Notes under the pieces: model-generated | The model's database searches: none | What the model was told of the DNA's origin: nothing | The model's input: only the letters and a program-made list of their open reading frames with translations | Position numbers and translations under genes: made by a program | In this document: positions 11,388 to 23,224 of the stretch, one piece after another | Numbering within the stretch: position 1 is the stretch's first letter | How the letters are laid out: each line of letters begins with the position of its first letter | From: Blasia pusilla | Lineage: Eukaryota | Reading direction: 5' to 3' | Assembly (NCBI GenBank): GCA_050084515.1 | Contig: CM114271.1 | Span: 32,178,001 to 32,242,000, forward strand | Length of the DNA: 64,000 nt

Positions 11388-14300
11388 ATGGAGGATGGGA
11401 AGGATATTACCAACCCATCCACTCAGGCAGTTTTTCACAATTGTGGAGGACCATTCTGGTCCAGAGGCAATGGCATTACATATCTGGGCACAAAACTGGA
11501 CCTTATCTTTTTTGCTGAAACACATGAACATGATTCCAACCGCATTCCCAACACAGAGGACTTCCAGGTTTTTGCTACCCACAACCCACTCACCAACAGC
11601 AAAAGCAAAGGACACGGTGGCCTGGCATGCTTGGTAGCACCATGGTTACAACCTTTTGTCTCCATAGCCAACATTGATGAGGAGAAACACTTCCTCTGGA
11701 TCAAGGTCAACAAAGAAGTGGGGTTACCGAGAGATCTCCTCATTGCTGTTTGCTACTTCAGTCCCACTGTGCTCAAAAGAGAATTCCCGTATGAGGCTCT
11801 CTCTACATCTATTGAGCACCACATGCACAGGGGAAATATCCTCCTAGTAGGAGATTTCAACGGGAGAACGGCCAACACTCAAGCTCCAATCTACATGGCA
11901 AACAACACCAACGTGGAAGGGATTGATACTCAGTCGGCTGATGGGTCTCTCAGAGAAGTATTCTTCCCACACATGCAGCGCAACTCAGTGGACAAGGAAA
12001 AAACAGCCAATGGAGAGAAACTTCTCCAACTTTGCTCAACACATTGTTTGGTACTCGCCAATGGCATGGCTATGTGGCCACAGTCAGGAGGTGGCACTTC
12101 CATTGGACACTCTGACTCCAACAGAGAAACCTCGACATCAGTGGGTGACTACCTGATTGGGGAAGTACATCAACTACCACATCTGGTTGCCAATGTGCAG
12201 GTCACACCCGTTCTAGAATCTGATCATGAACCACTCTACTTTGACATCTTGGTCTCCAAAACCATCCCAGAGGCTGCAGAAAAATTAACCCTGCCGACCA
12301 AATGTCGATACACTTTCCTTCAGGAAAAGAAAGATGAACTCATCACACTCGTCAACAAGGCTCTTACAGAGTGCTCACCCACAGTGAACACGACTGAGTT
12401 CAGCGACATCCTACATCAATGTTGCAGAAAAGTCCTACCTTTCCAACTGTCTGGAGGCAAACACATTAGATCCACTTCTACGTTCTTCTCCCAACCCTGG
12501 TTTGACAAGGACTGCAAAGAGGCCCGCAGGGAGCTGAATCACCGGCTGAGGGAGGATCCACACTCTCCACACACTCGATTATTGCAGAAAACTTACAAAC
12601 GATTGGTACGTAGGAAGAAACACAAATACATTGCCATCAAGGTCACAGAGTTCACAGAACAGATGAAATACCAATCGGCCAAATTCTGGAGAATACTCAG
12701 GAATAGACAGAACATCATTCCACTCCAGGATCTACAGATCTGGACCACATATGGTACCCAACTTTACCACTCCAACACTGCCGCTCCCACCGACCCCTGG
12801 CCGAATGGGCTTCAGGATCTACCGGACCTCTTCACCATTGACGATGTCACATCAGGAATCAAAAGGCTACATAACAAACCAGAGGATGGCCTGGGGTGCC
12901 AGGCTCAAATGTTCAAATTCGCAAGTGAGGCAATTGGCCCAACCCTCACCAGAATGTTCAATACTGCAGTTCAACAGGGCTTCCCACCAGAATGGCAAAT
13001 GAATACGATCTACCCACTCTTCAAGGCTGGAGACCCAATGATACCATCCAACTACAAAACGATCATGGTGAGCTCCCTCATGGCCAAGTTGTATGGGCTA
13101 CTGCTGGAAAGGAAAATCAGCGACTGGGCTGAAGAAAAGAAGGTGCGAGCCAGAGGACAAGCAGGTTTCCGACACTCACATAGCACCCTGGATCACCTTC
13201 TCACACTCCGGGTACTGATTGAAGAAACTTCCAAGTCGAGAATTGGTCACAAGCCCGGTAAATTGTTCTGCTGTTTTGTAGACTTCAAGAAGGCCTTTGA
13301 CACAGTCCCAAGGGCGCTCCTTTGGAAACGACTTGAAGAGTTGGGTGTCCCACCACAACAACTTACAGCGATCAAGGTCTTATATGCTCAGGTGTTTGCA
13401 CAGATTGCCACTAAGAGGGGCAGATCTGAAACTTTATCTTCCAACACCGGAGTCAAACAAGGATGCCCCCTCTCACCTACATTGTTTGGGCTCTACATTG
13501 ACGAACTTGAAGAGTGCTTTCTGGAGTGAATGGAGATCCACCAGAGCTAGCACACTGCCTCATCCCCCTGCTCCTGTATGCAGATGATATAGTTCTGATG
13601 TCTAGAACAGCACATGGGCTCCAACTTTACCTGAATGCACTTTCAAGCTTCTGCAACAAATCGGGCATGGAAGTCAACTTGCTGAAAACGAAGATAATCA
13701 TCTTTGGATCACAGCTCCCTACGGCGCAGCGGTCACACACTTTCACCTTCAGCCAGGGAATGAGAAAGGAGATCATTGAGATTGTGGGTGAGTACATATA
13801 CCTGGGGGTGCAACTCAAACCCAACAACCAATGGAGAGCCAATGGGAGTCGTAACAAGATCAATGCAGGCTTGAGGGGTCTACACCTGCTACAATCCAAT
13901 TGCAGAAGAATGGAACTGTGGGATATTCCACAGAAACTCCATCTCTTCAAAGCTCTGGTGATCCCAGCCACACTCTATGGATCTGCAGTTGTTCATGAGG
14001 GTGTGGTAGCGCCTCATTCTTTCACCATTTTTGTGAGAGGAATTCCCCCTGCTTTCCCAGAGGCGCTGGTGTCGGCCCCAGTTGATGGCAATGTAATTGT
14101 TGTGTAATTGTTCAGCAAGGTCCTGGTGGGTGGCCGTAGGCAGGTCACCGATGGATATTCCCCATTTCATGAGCCACTCCGTGCAGTCATAGTACCAATT
14201 TTTAGCCCCAAGGGTGGCACTACTTTTTGAAACCACGTAGGCCCTGGCGGATAGACGATTGGGATCGTCCTCGTAGATATCCTCAAGGTATTGGAGAAAT

Positions 14301-14768
14301 GTGATCAGATTCTTAACAGCATGGATCTCCATTGGTACCTCCCCAAACTCAGTCAATAGAATGTCGTGGGGAGTGGTTTTCCTAATGCCCAGACTCTGAC
14401 GCATGAAGAGTTTCTGGGGGGCCTCAAGGCCCTGGGGCCAAGCCTTGGAGCTGGGGCCCCACACTACATTAGCGAGATTCAGATGTGGCTCTACTGACCT
14501 GGAGATTGAGAAAGGAAAATTCTCACAGAAGAAAAGAGAGGACAGATTATGTAGATTTTGCAACTCGGGGCTTGTTGATGATGAACATCACTACCTCTTC
14601 GACTGCACCTTTCACGATCACATTAGGCTTGACTTCCCGGATCTCTTTGTTCACCGAGCTCCCAGGGTCCTCCCGTTCATGACTAGGCAGAATCAGACTC
14701 AGATTGCTAAATTCTTGCATAGTTGTGTGAAGACCAGGGACACTCACCTGGCTCTGAGGACCCCTTAG
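11388..14768 (+). pseudogene. LINE ORF2 (APE-RT-Zn finger), frameshifted at ~13525 and inverted at ~13990-14465
   Basis: ETH, GDFN, SDH (APE); QAGFR, FVDFKKAFD, GVKQGCPLSP, LLYADD (RT); RFRCGS...CRFC...DEHH...C. Confidence 0.9.
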
Positions 14769-14996
14769 GCCCTCGCTGGTGCTTGCTCTCTCTCCAAATT
14801 TGTTTTTAAGTGTCAAAACTAAGTCCCATGGCCCTGTGGGGTCCCCGTGGACAATAAATCTATTCATTCATTCATTCCCATAGCATTTGGTGCTTATCAC
14901 AGGTTACAGAGATATACTTGTTGAGCAGAATCTCTGGAAGGTCCTTGTTAGCACTTGTTGGCAAGTCATATACTGTATCCTGGTCCTGGATCTTTT

Positions 14997-15621
14997 TAAA
15001 GAAAAACAGGAGTAAACAAATACTGACTTTGATTACAGAGCTGATTTGTTTCTCCAAGCTCCAAGAAGTTACAGCAGATTATAGATACATGGAATAGCTT
15101 CACAGACGTCAAATAGGAAAGGAAACTCTGTACTTACAAAAACATGAGAGAGATCTGATTGATCTACTACTCACAAACTTCCTCCCTATAGGAAGAAGAG
15201 ACTCTCTACACTATTGATGCCTTTTCAAGCAGCACACTATCTCCTCCAGCAGCAGGTCCTCCAAAACATCAACTCCTTCTATCACAATAGGTCAGCCACC
15301 CAAGCTGAGGGGCAGCAATACTGAAGTTCGCAGGTCCAGGAGCTGGGAATAGTAGAGAAGAGAATGAGAGTGCTCTGGTAAGCCTCTTGCTCTTATAGGA
15401 TAGCCCCTGGCTATCTTAAACCCTAAAAGTCCTTAACTAAGGCTAAAAGAGGCTATTATGAAACCTAAAGGTTTTTAACTAAGACTAAAAAAGCTATTGC
15501 GAAAACCTAAAGGTCTAGTTAATAAACCTAAAAATAGAATTTTACCTATAGATAGAAAAAGTTAACTTTTCATAGTAAAAACAGATTTTTCGCTCCTGAT
15601 CTTACAGTTGCAATTTCAACA
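14997..15621 (-). repeat. 3' LTR of the Copia element (625 bp)
   Basis: Matches 19678-20306 except for four homopolymer indels and one substitution that I could see. Confidence 0.95.
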
Positions 15622-15628
15622 CTCCCAC

Positions 15629-18600
15629 TCAACGTGAGTTCAGGTGTATTCCAATTAACTCCATGCACCTTAGGTGTTTAACCTTGGTGAGAGATTTTGT
15701 GAACACGTCAGCTGCCATGTCCTCTGTTGCACAGTGTTCTAATTCAATTTCCACTCCAACCTTTTCCCGTATAAAGTGATGTTGTATATCAATGTGCTTT
15801 GTCCTCGCATGGTGTATCGGATTCTTGGTTAGATCAATACTGCCCCGATTATCAGCATACACTTTTGTAGGTCTTGCTTGATGGCATCCAAAACCATCAA
15901 GGAGGCGTCTAAGCCATATTGCCTCCTTGGCAGCATGTGTTAGGGCCATGTATTCTGCTTCACATGTGGAAAGTGCTACGGTGGATTGTCTCTTGCTGCT
16001 CCAACTAATAGCTCCTCCACACAGCAAGTAGCAATATGCAGAAGTAGATTGTCTATTGTCTAGATCTCCTGCCCAATCAGCGTCACTGTAACCAATTAGA
16101 TCTACTTCTGCCTCTTTGATATATGTGAGGCAAAAGTCGTGAGTGCCTTTCAGGTATCTCATCACACGCTTGACAGCTTGCCAATGTTGCAAGCCAGGGT
16201 TGTGCATGAACCTGCTCAAAACTCCCTGTGTATGCAAGGTCTGGCCTTGTGGCAACCATTGCATACATAATGCAGCCCACTGCATTCTGATATGGTATGT
16301 TAGCCATATCATTCATCTCCAATTCAGTTTGAGGACACATTTCCTTGGTAAGCTTGATTCCTACCTCCATGGGTGTCCCTACTGGATTACAATCACCCAT
16401 AGAAAAACGATTGATGACATTCTTCACATATTTGGTTTGGCTCATCTTGATCCAACCAACATCTCTATTTCTAGTGATTTGTTTTCCGAGTAAATAATTT
16501 ACTTCTCCTAGATCAACCATTTCAAAAGCTTCACTCAGTCCACGCTTCAGCCTGTGCATAGTTTTCAGGTCTTCACAGAGGAGTAACAAATCATCTACAT
16601 ACAGTGCTATGTGAACCACAATATTCAACATGTGATAAACACTAGGATCTGCCCTATTCTTGTGAAAACCCAACTTCTGAAAATAACCGTCAATTTTCTC
16701 ATACCAGAGTCTTGACGCTTGCTTGAGTCCATATAAGGCTTTCTTCAGCAACCATACCTTGTCTCCATCCTTGAAACCTTCTGGTTGTTGCATGTAAATC
16801 TCCTCATGCAATTCTCCATGGAGGAAGGCGGTTTTACATCCATTTGATGTATCTCCCAATTATGCTTTGCCGCTAATGCTAGCAAGCTTCTTATGGAAGT
16901 AAATTTTGCTACAGGAGCAAAAGTTTCTGCATAGTCAAGTCCTTCAATCTGACTGTAGCCTTTAGCAACTAGTCGAGCTTTATACTTGACCACCTCATTC
17001 TTAGGTCCTCTTTTCACTTTGAAGACCCACTTGCAACCGATTGCCTTCCTCATGGGGGCAAATTCACCAACTCAAAAGTCTGATTGCTTTGGAGAGATCC
17101 CATCTCTTCATGTACCGCTTGCTCCCACTGGATGGCATCATCTCTAGTGAGAGCTTCTTCAAGACTTAGCGGTTCATCAGCCTCCAACATTCCTGATGTA
17201 CAACCTGCATTATCAAGGGCTTGGTAACACACTTCAGCCAGATGCGATTCCTCTGTGAATCTTTCTTCTTGCTGGTCAGTCTCACCTTTTCCAAGACTTA
17301 TCCCAAGTCGAATTGGAATTTTGGATGTCCTTGTTGATTTTCGAACTGGAGGTTGTTGCTCTGTGCCTGTAAGATAACTATCGGTACTCTCTAATGGTAC
17401 TTCTGATATTTCTACATCAGGCTTTCTCCTTACGTAAAATCTGGTTGGAGATAATCTCCTTGGAGATTTATCAACCTCATCATCATTTTCTTCAACCTTG
17501 ATATCTTTAAAGAATGTCAACTCCTTTTCAAAACTGACTTCTGCAGTGCTAGTAATGCTGCTACCAAGATCTTTCTCATTGAAATAGACATCTCTACTTC
17601 TGATTGCTTTCTTAGTGCTTGGATTGAAGAGTCTGTACCCTTTACATCCAGGTTCATACCCTAAGAATATGCATTTCTCCGATTTGGAGTCTAGCTTTGT
17701 TCTTTTCTCCTTTGGAATCAAAGCATAAGCACAACACCGAAAACTTTCAGGTGAGAGAGATCTGGTTTCTTACCACTCCATGCTTCCTCTGGTGTCAAGT
17801 TGTCCAATGCTGTTGAAGGACTCAAATTCTTCAAGTAGTTGGCAGTAGTTAGGGCTTCTCCCAAAATTCTCGACCAAGGTTTGCTGTGGAGAGCATGGAC
17901 CTGGTTCTTTCAACCAATGTCCTATTCAATCTTTCAGCTGCTCCATTCTGCTCTGGACTGCTCCTTGCAGTAACTTGACTCTTGATTCCCTTTTGAGATA
18001 AGAAATCTTTGAACTGTTTGTTGATGTATTCTCCACCTCCATCAGTTCTAAGCACTTTCACTTTCAGGCCAAGCTCATTCTCAACCTCATTGACAAAGTG
18101 CTGAAATCTGTCCAAGACTTCATCCTTTGTCTTCATCAAGTAGACAAACGTCCTTCTTGACTTGTCATCAGTGAAAGAAACAAAGTATTTTGCACCTCCG
18201 TGAGATGCTACTTTCATCGGTCCACACACATCAGAGTGGATGAGCTCAAGCTTTTCTCCTACTCTAGTTTTGGACTTCTTAGGTGTAGAAGTTCTACTCT
18301 GTTTCCCTTCTATACAACCTTCACAAAAGAATTCTGAACTATCAGGTTGTAAATGGAATCCAACAACCATCTTCTGGAGTTTCCTCATATTCTGAATTCC
18401 CAGATGTGCTAGTCGCCTATGCCAAATGTATAAAGAATTTTCTTCAGATCCAATGTTGGCCGATTCTTCATCAACATGTGTTGTATGAAGTTTATAAAGC
18501 TGATTGTTCACAATCGAAGCTTTCCCGATTTCAGTTGTATCATGATCAAAAATAATGCAATGATCATCTGTAAACAACACTTTGAAACCCTCACTTGCTA

Positions 18601-19673
18601 AGACTTTCACAGAGATCAGATTTTTCCTATCTCAGGAATATAAAGGACATTTTTGAGAAGTAATTCTCTACAACCTTTCAGATTTAGATGAACTTCACCT
18701 TTGGAAGAAGTTTCCAGCTTGTGATTGCTTGCCACTGTTACATTGCGTGTAGAGATTTTCTGAATGTTGCTAAAACAACTTCTCTTACACATGTGAGATG
18801 TTGCTCCACTATCAATGTACCAAGCATCCCCAGAACTTCATTCGAATGGTACATCACCTTCCAAAGTCATGAATAGTTGATCATCATCGCTATCTTCAAC
18901 CACATGAGCTTTCTCGGAAGTGTTGAACTTTCCCAAGCTTTTCTTCTTGCCTTTCAGGTCTCTCACCTTTTTCCAACAGACCTCTTCTGTATGGTTCAGC
19001 ATGTTGCAATATTTGCACTTGAGCTTCTTCATGCCCTTTTCATTGTACCCTCTCTTACCAACCTTGGCAGCAAGAGCGATCTCATCAGATACATTGTTCC
19101 TACCAGCATGCTTGATTCTTCATTGATGAGTTGTCCGTTGACATACTCCCAGGTAAGTTTCTTTTTCTCTTGAGCTTCCAGCACAGTACTCACAGTCTCA
19201 AAACTCTTAGAGAGAGTGCTGAGAAGTAGACCTACTTGGAAAAAATCGTCTACTTTGAGACCTCCTTCGATGAGAGTAGAAATCATCCCTTTCACCCTCG
19301 CCACATGAGTAGCAACAGGCTCAGATTCGTCCTGGCGCAAGTTCACAAGGTTCCGAAGGACACTAAAGTTGTGTCCTACAGATTCAGTTTGTAAGCCTTC
19401 TTTCACAGTCTCCCACATGGCATGAGCATTTGGTTTGTCACGGGCCATCTCTATAGCAGAGTCTCCCATGTTCATAACCAATGCAGCCATTGCCCTATTG
19501 TTGGATTTGATCCATTCTGCATCCAACAGTTGCATTGCTGTTGGTGCACATTGGACGACTTCCCAACAATCCTTATGACAACAGAGGATCTTCATTTCAA
19601 AAGACCACTTTCTCCAATTAGTTGCGTCTAATTTCTTGCTAACCCAGTGATCCATATCACTTCGTGGGCCCAT
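15629..19673 (-). pseudogene. Copia gag-pol polyprotein with several 1-bp frameshifts
   Basis: Gag knuckle CKYCNMLNHTEEVC; WHRRLAH, IHSDVCGP, RTDGGGEY, QNGAAERLNRT (integrase); [21 protein letters not shown] (RT); [15 protein letters not shown] (RNase H). Confidence 0.93.
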
Positions 19674-19677
19674 AACC
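19666..19677 (-). promoter_or_regulatory. Primer binding site of the internal (half-molecule) initiator tRNA-Met type
   Basis: GGTTATGGGCCC immediately follows the 5' LTR; the same PBS sequence as Drosophila copia-type elements. Confidence 0.85.
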
Positions 19678-20306
19678 TAAAAGAAAAACAGGAGTAAACA
19701 AATACTGACTTTGATTACAGAGCTAATTTGTTTCTCCAAGCTCCAAGAAGTTACAGCAGATTATAGATACATGGAATAGCTTCACAGACGTCAAATAGGA
19801 AAGGAAACTCTGTACTTACAAAAACATGAGAGAGATCTGATTGATCTACTACTCACAAACTTCCTCCCTATAGGAAGAAGAGACTCTCTACACTATTGAT
19901 GCCTTTTCAAGCAGCACACTATCTCCTCCAGCAGCAGGTCCTCCAAAACATCAACTCCTTCTATCACAATAGGTCAGCCACCCAAGCTGAGGGGCAGCAA
20001 TACTGAAGTTCGCAGGTCCAGGAGCTGGGAATAGTAGAGAAGAGAATGAGAGTGCTCTGGTAAGCCTCTTGCTCTTATAGGATAGCCCCTGGCTATCTTA
20101 AACCCTAAAAGTCCTTAACTAAGGCTAAAAGAGGCTATTATGAAACCCTAAAGGTTTTTAACTAAGACTAAAAAAGCTATTGCGAAAACCTAAAGGTCTA
20201 GTTAATAAACCTAAAAATAGAATTTTACCTATAGATAGAAAAAGTTAACTTTTCATAGTAAAAAACAGATTTTTTCGCTCCTGATCTTACAGTTGCAATT
20301 TCAACA
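19678..20306 (-). repeat. 5' LTR of the Copia element (629 bp)
   Basis: Begins TGTTGAAATTGC and ends ...TTTCTTTTA on the minus strand, followed by the PBS. Confidence 0.95.
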
Positions 20307-23224
20307 CTTTTGCCCTGGTAGCAGCACTATCCTTGGACGCTTGGAAGGGTCTTGCTGAGAGGTGATTAGAACCATTCTCCATGATAGCCTTGAGGTGCTG
20401 AAGGAATTTGATCAGGCTTTTGATTGCATGAATCTCTATGAGGACATTTCCAAATTCAGCAAGTAGCAGGTCATGTGGGGTTGTCATCCTAACACCCGGG
20501 TGTTGATGCATAAAGAGTTTTTGTGGGATATTTAGTCCCTTGGGCCATTTGTTGGCATGTGGACCCCCAACTTCAGACGCATGTAGAGTGGCTGGAATGA
20601 CCATGGCTTTGAAGAGTTGGATTTTTTGTGGTGTGTTCCTCATTTCCATTCTCTTGCAATTGGATTCCAGCAAGTGAAGACATCTAATACCTGCATTAGT
20701 TCTACTGGGGCTGCCATTGGTTCTCCAATTGTTGTTGCCTTTGAGCCCAACCCCCTGATAGATGTACTCATTCACGATCTCAATAGCTTCTCTGCGTATT
20801 TTGTCCATTGGTGAATGTGTGCAACTTTTGGGCTGTTGGTAGTGGGATCTCCCAACTACCAGCAGATTTTACTTTGGTCTTGTGCAGATTGACCTCCATC
20901 CCTGATCTTCTGCAGAATCCCCCTAGTGCATGTATGGTGTCAAATGCCTTCTTGAAATAACCAAACAACAGAATAGTTTGTCAGGTTTTGAGGCAGTTTT
21001 GGTCTTGGCGGTCTCTTCAATGAGTGCCCTCCGTATGAGCAGATGATCAAGAGTGCTATATACTTGTTGGAAGCGAGCATGTCCTTTAACCCGAGCATTC
21101 ATCTTGTCCACCCAGTCACTCAACTTCCTCTCCAACTTTGTCCCATACAATTTGAGCATTAGTGAACTCACCATAATAGTTCTATAGTTGGAGGCCACCA
21201 GTAGGTCCGGGGCCTGAAGAGTGGGTGTATAATATTAATCTGCCATTCAGGTAGGAATCCTTGCTGAATGGCATTATTGAACATGGTTGTGAGTGTTGGA
21301 GCAATAGTATCATTTACCATTCTGAATATCTCAGCTTGACAATGTTGGTCATCTTCAAGTTTAATATGTAGCTTGCAGATGTTGGATTTGATTTCTTCAA
21401 GGGTGGACAAGTCTGGTAGTTCCCTATACCCATCCAGCCATGGATTGGTGGGCATGGCCGAGTTAAAATTGTACCGCTGGCAGCTGTATGTGGTCCATAC
21501 CTCATCTTGGAGAGGGTGGAGGGTTTCTTATTTCTGAATGTTCCAGAAGCGGGCTGGGTTGTATTTCAGCTGCTCTGCAAATTGTGAGTTATGTACCTTC
21601 GTTTCCTCCCACTCAACAGCTGTTTGCATGTGTCCTGTACGTGTTGAGTGTGACTAGGTTGTGGTTCTCCTCTCTTAGAATGGGGGTGTTCCATGCGCAC
21701 CAACTTACATTCCTGGTCAGACCATGGCTTTGTGGAGAATGTGTATGTTGGAATGATCTTCTTGCCTCAATACAACTGGAATAGGAGAATTTTCTTACAA
21801 GATCCATGAAGAATACTACTCAGTTGTGTAGTGCCCAAAGTTGATGACGAGTACCTAAGTGTGTTTATGACTCCTATATTGAATTCATCTGCTTCCGCCT
21901 GTATGAAAGTGTAAAGGCGTTTCACCGCTGGAATTCCCAACTCTTCCATCAGGGCATAGCTTTGGAGATGGGCATGTTGAAGTAGATTGGTTCATGATCA
22001 GATTCAAGCACAGGTCTAACCATGATGTAGGAAAGTGGTGTGGTGAGTTGATGTACCTCACCGATCAGGTAATTTACCATTGACTTTGAGGTTTCTCTTT
22101 TGGATTCTGATTGTTCTGTAGATGTTCTTCCTCTTGAGCCTGGCCAGAGAGGAATACCTTGCCCATGCCTTAACAATGGGTTGAGCGCAATTCCAAATGC
22201 CTGCGTCCATTTCCTGTTTTGTGTGTGGCCTCTGATGTGCGTTGGAGGTGTTGGTGAAATCCTTCCATGAGAGATCTGTTAGGAGGGTAGTCTTCTTCTT
22301 CATGTGCTTCGTCCCTGGTATTGGACCTTGTTGTTACATTTTCTCCCGTTGAAGTCTCCAACCAGCAGGATGTTCCCTTTGTCAGCTGTTTCTGCTACAG
22401 AGATTGAGAGAGTTTCATAGGGGAAGTCTTTTCTGAGTGTAGCAGGACTGAAGTAGCAAACTGCTATGAAGACATCATTTTGAATTCCCACTTCCTTCGC
22501 TACCTTGATCCAGAGGAAGTGCTTCTCTTCATCAATCTCCTCCATGGAGGCAAAGGGCTGCAACCTTGGTGCTACCAGGCAGGCAAGCCCTCAATTTCCC
22601 TTGTTGTGGCTGTTCATGAGTCGGTTGTGGATAGCCAAAGTTTGGAACTATTCAGTATTGGGGATCTTGTTGGAGTCATGTTCGTGTATTTTAGTCACCC
22701 AGGTATGTGATTCCATTGCCTCGGGTCCAGAACAGACCTCCAAAGTTATGAAACTGGATTAATGGATGGGTAGGTACCTTGGTCCTTCCCATCCACAATG
22801 TCCTATGAGGCCCCTATAGGAAAGTCGCAAGGCACGACAGGCACTACTTAATCGCTTCAGTTTCTCTCTCTGGAAGCTCTGTCAGAGTGTCTGGTTGGGG
22901 AATTTTCTGGATGATTCTTTCAAAGCAGCGTTGGTTAGGAAGATTTCCATCCTTGCTGTCATCACTTGCCCTATGTTAGATGGTTCAAATTGTAGCAGTA
23001 TTGCTGCTCGTCACTCATCTGTTCCTTTCCCTAGTTGAGCCCCTTCTGTTTTAAGACCTGATTGCAGTCTTCCTCTCAGGAGAAACTCAGTCCTGTAACG
23101 ATGATTCTGTCCTGGATTTTGAGCATTTTGTCTGCTTCTTCCTTTGCTACCTCCATCACCACCTGTGTGGCCACTTTCTTGATCCTGGTCATGGTGTGTC
23201 CAAGCCCTACTTGGCTATGGTGAG

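Larger units (their letters stand above)
9886..14874 (+). mobile_element. Full-length LINE, family B (RTEX-like, inferred), with an internal inversion
   Basis: Two ORFs; AATAAA followed by a (TTCA)n tail at 14863-14874; candidate 6-bp TSD TTCCCA (9880-9885 / 14875-14880); 5' UTR with a duplicated CTCCCAGCAAAATCGGGCTG. Confidence 0.9.
14997..20306 (-). mobile_element. Young full-length Ty1/Copia LTR retrotransposon
   Basis: LTRs 19678-20306 and 14997-15621; TSD CTTTT (14992-14996 / 20307-20311); PBS GGTTATGGGCCC (19666-19677); PPT TGAGTGGGAG (15622-15631); domain order gag-PR-INT-RT-RH. Confidence 0.96.
9357..23224 (-). mobile_element. Old host LINE (family B) in three pieces: 9357-9885, 14875-14996 and 20307-23224
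   Basis: (TGAA)n tail at 9357-9378. The peptide runs across both insertions (...SKDSAATRAK | DLPTSANKDLPEILLNKYISVTCDKHQMLWE | KNVGRMQHY...LARFRCGS), colinear with the younger family-B copy. APE and ORF1 remnants at 21950-23200. Confidence 0.82.

Noticed and set aside
13889-14563. 224-aa minus-strand ORF as an antisense gene
   Set aside because: It is the inverted segment of LINE ORF2.
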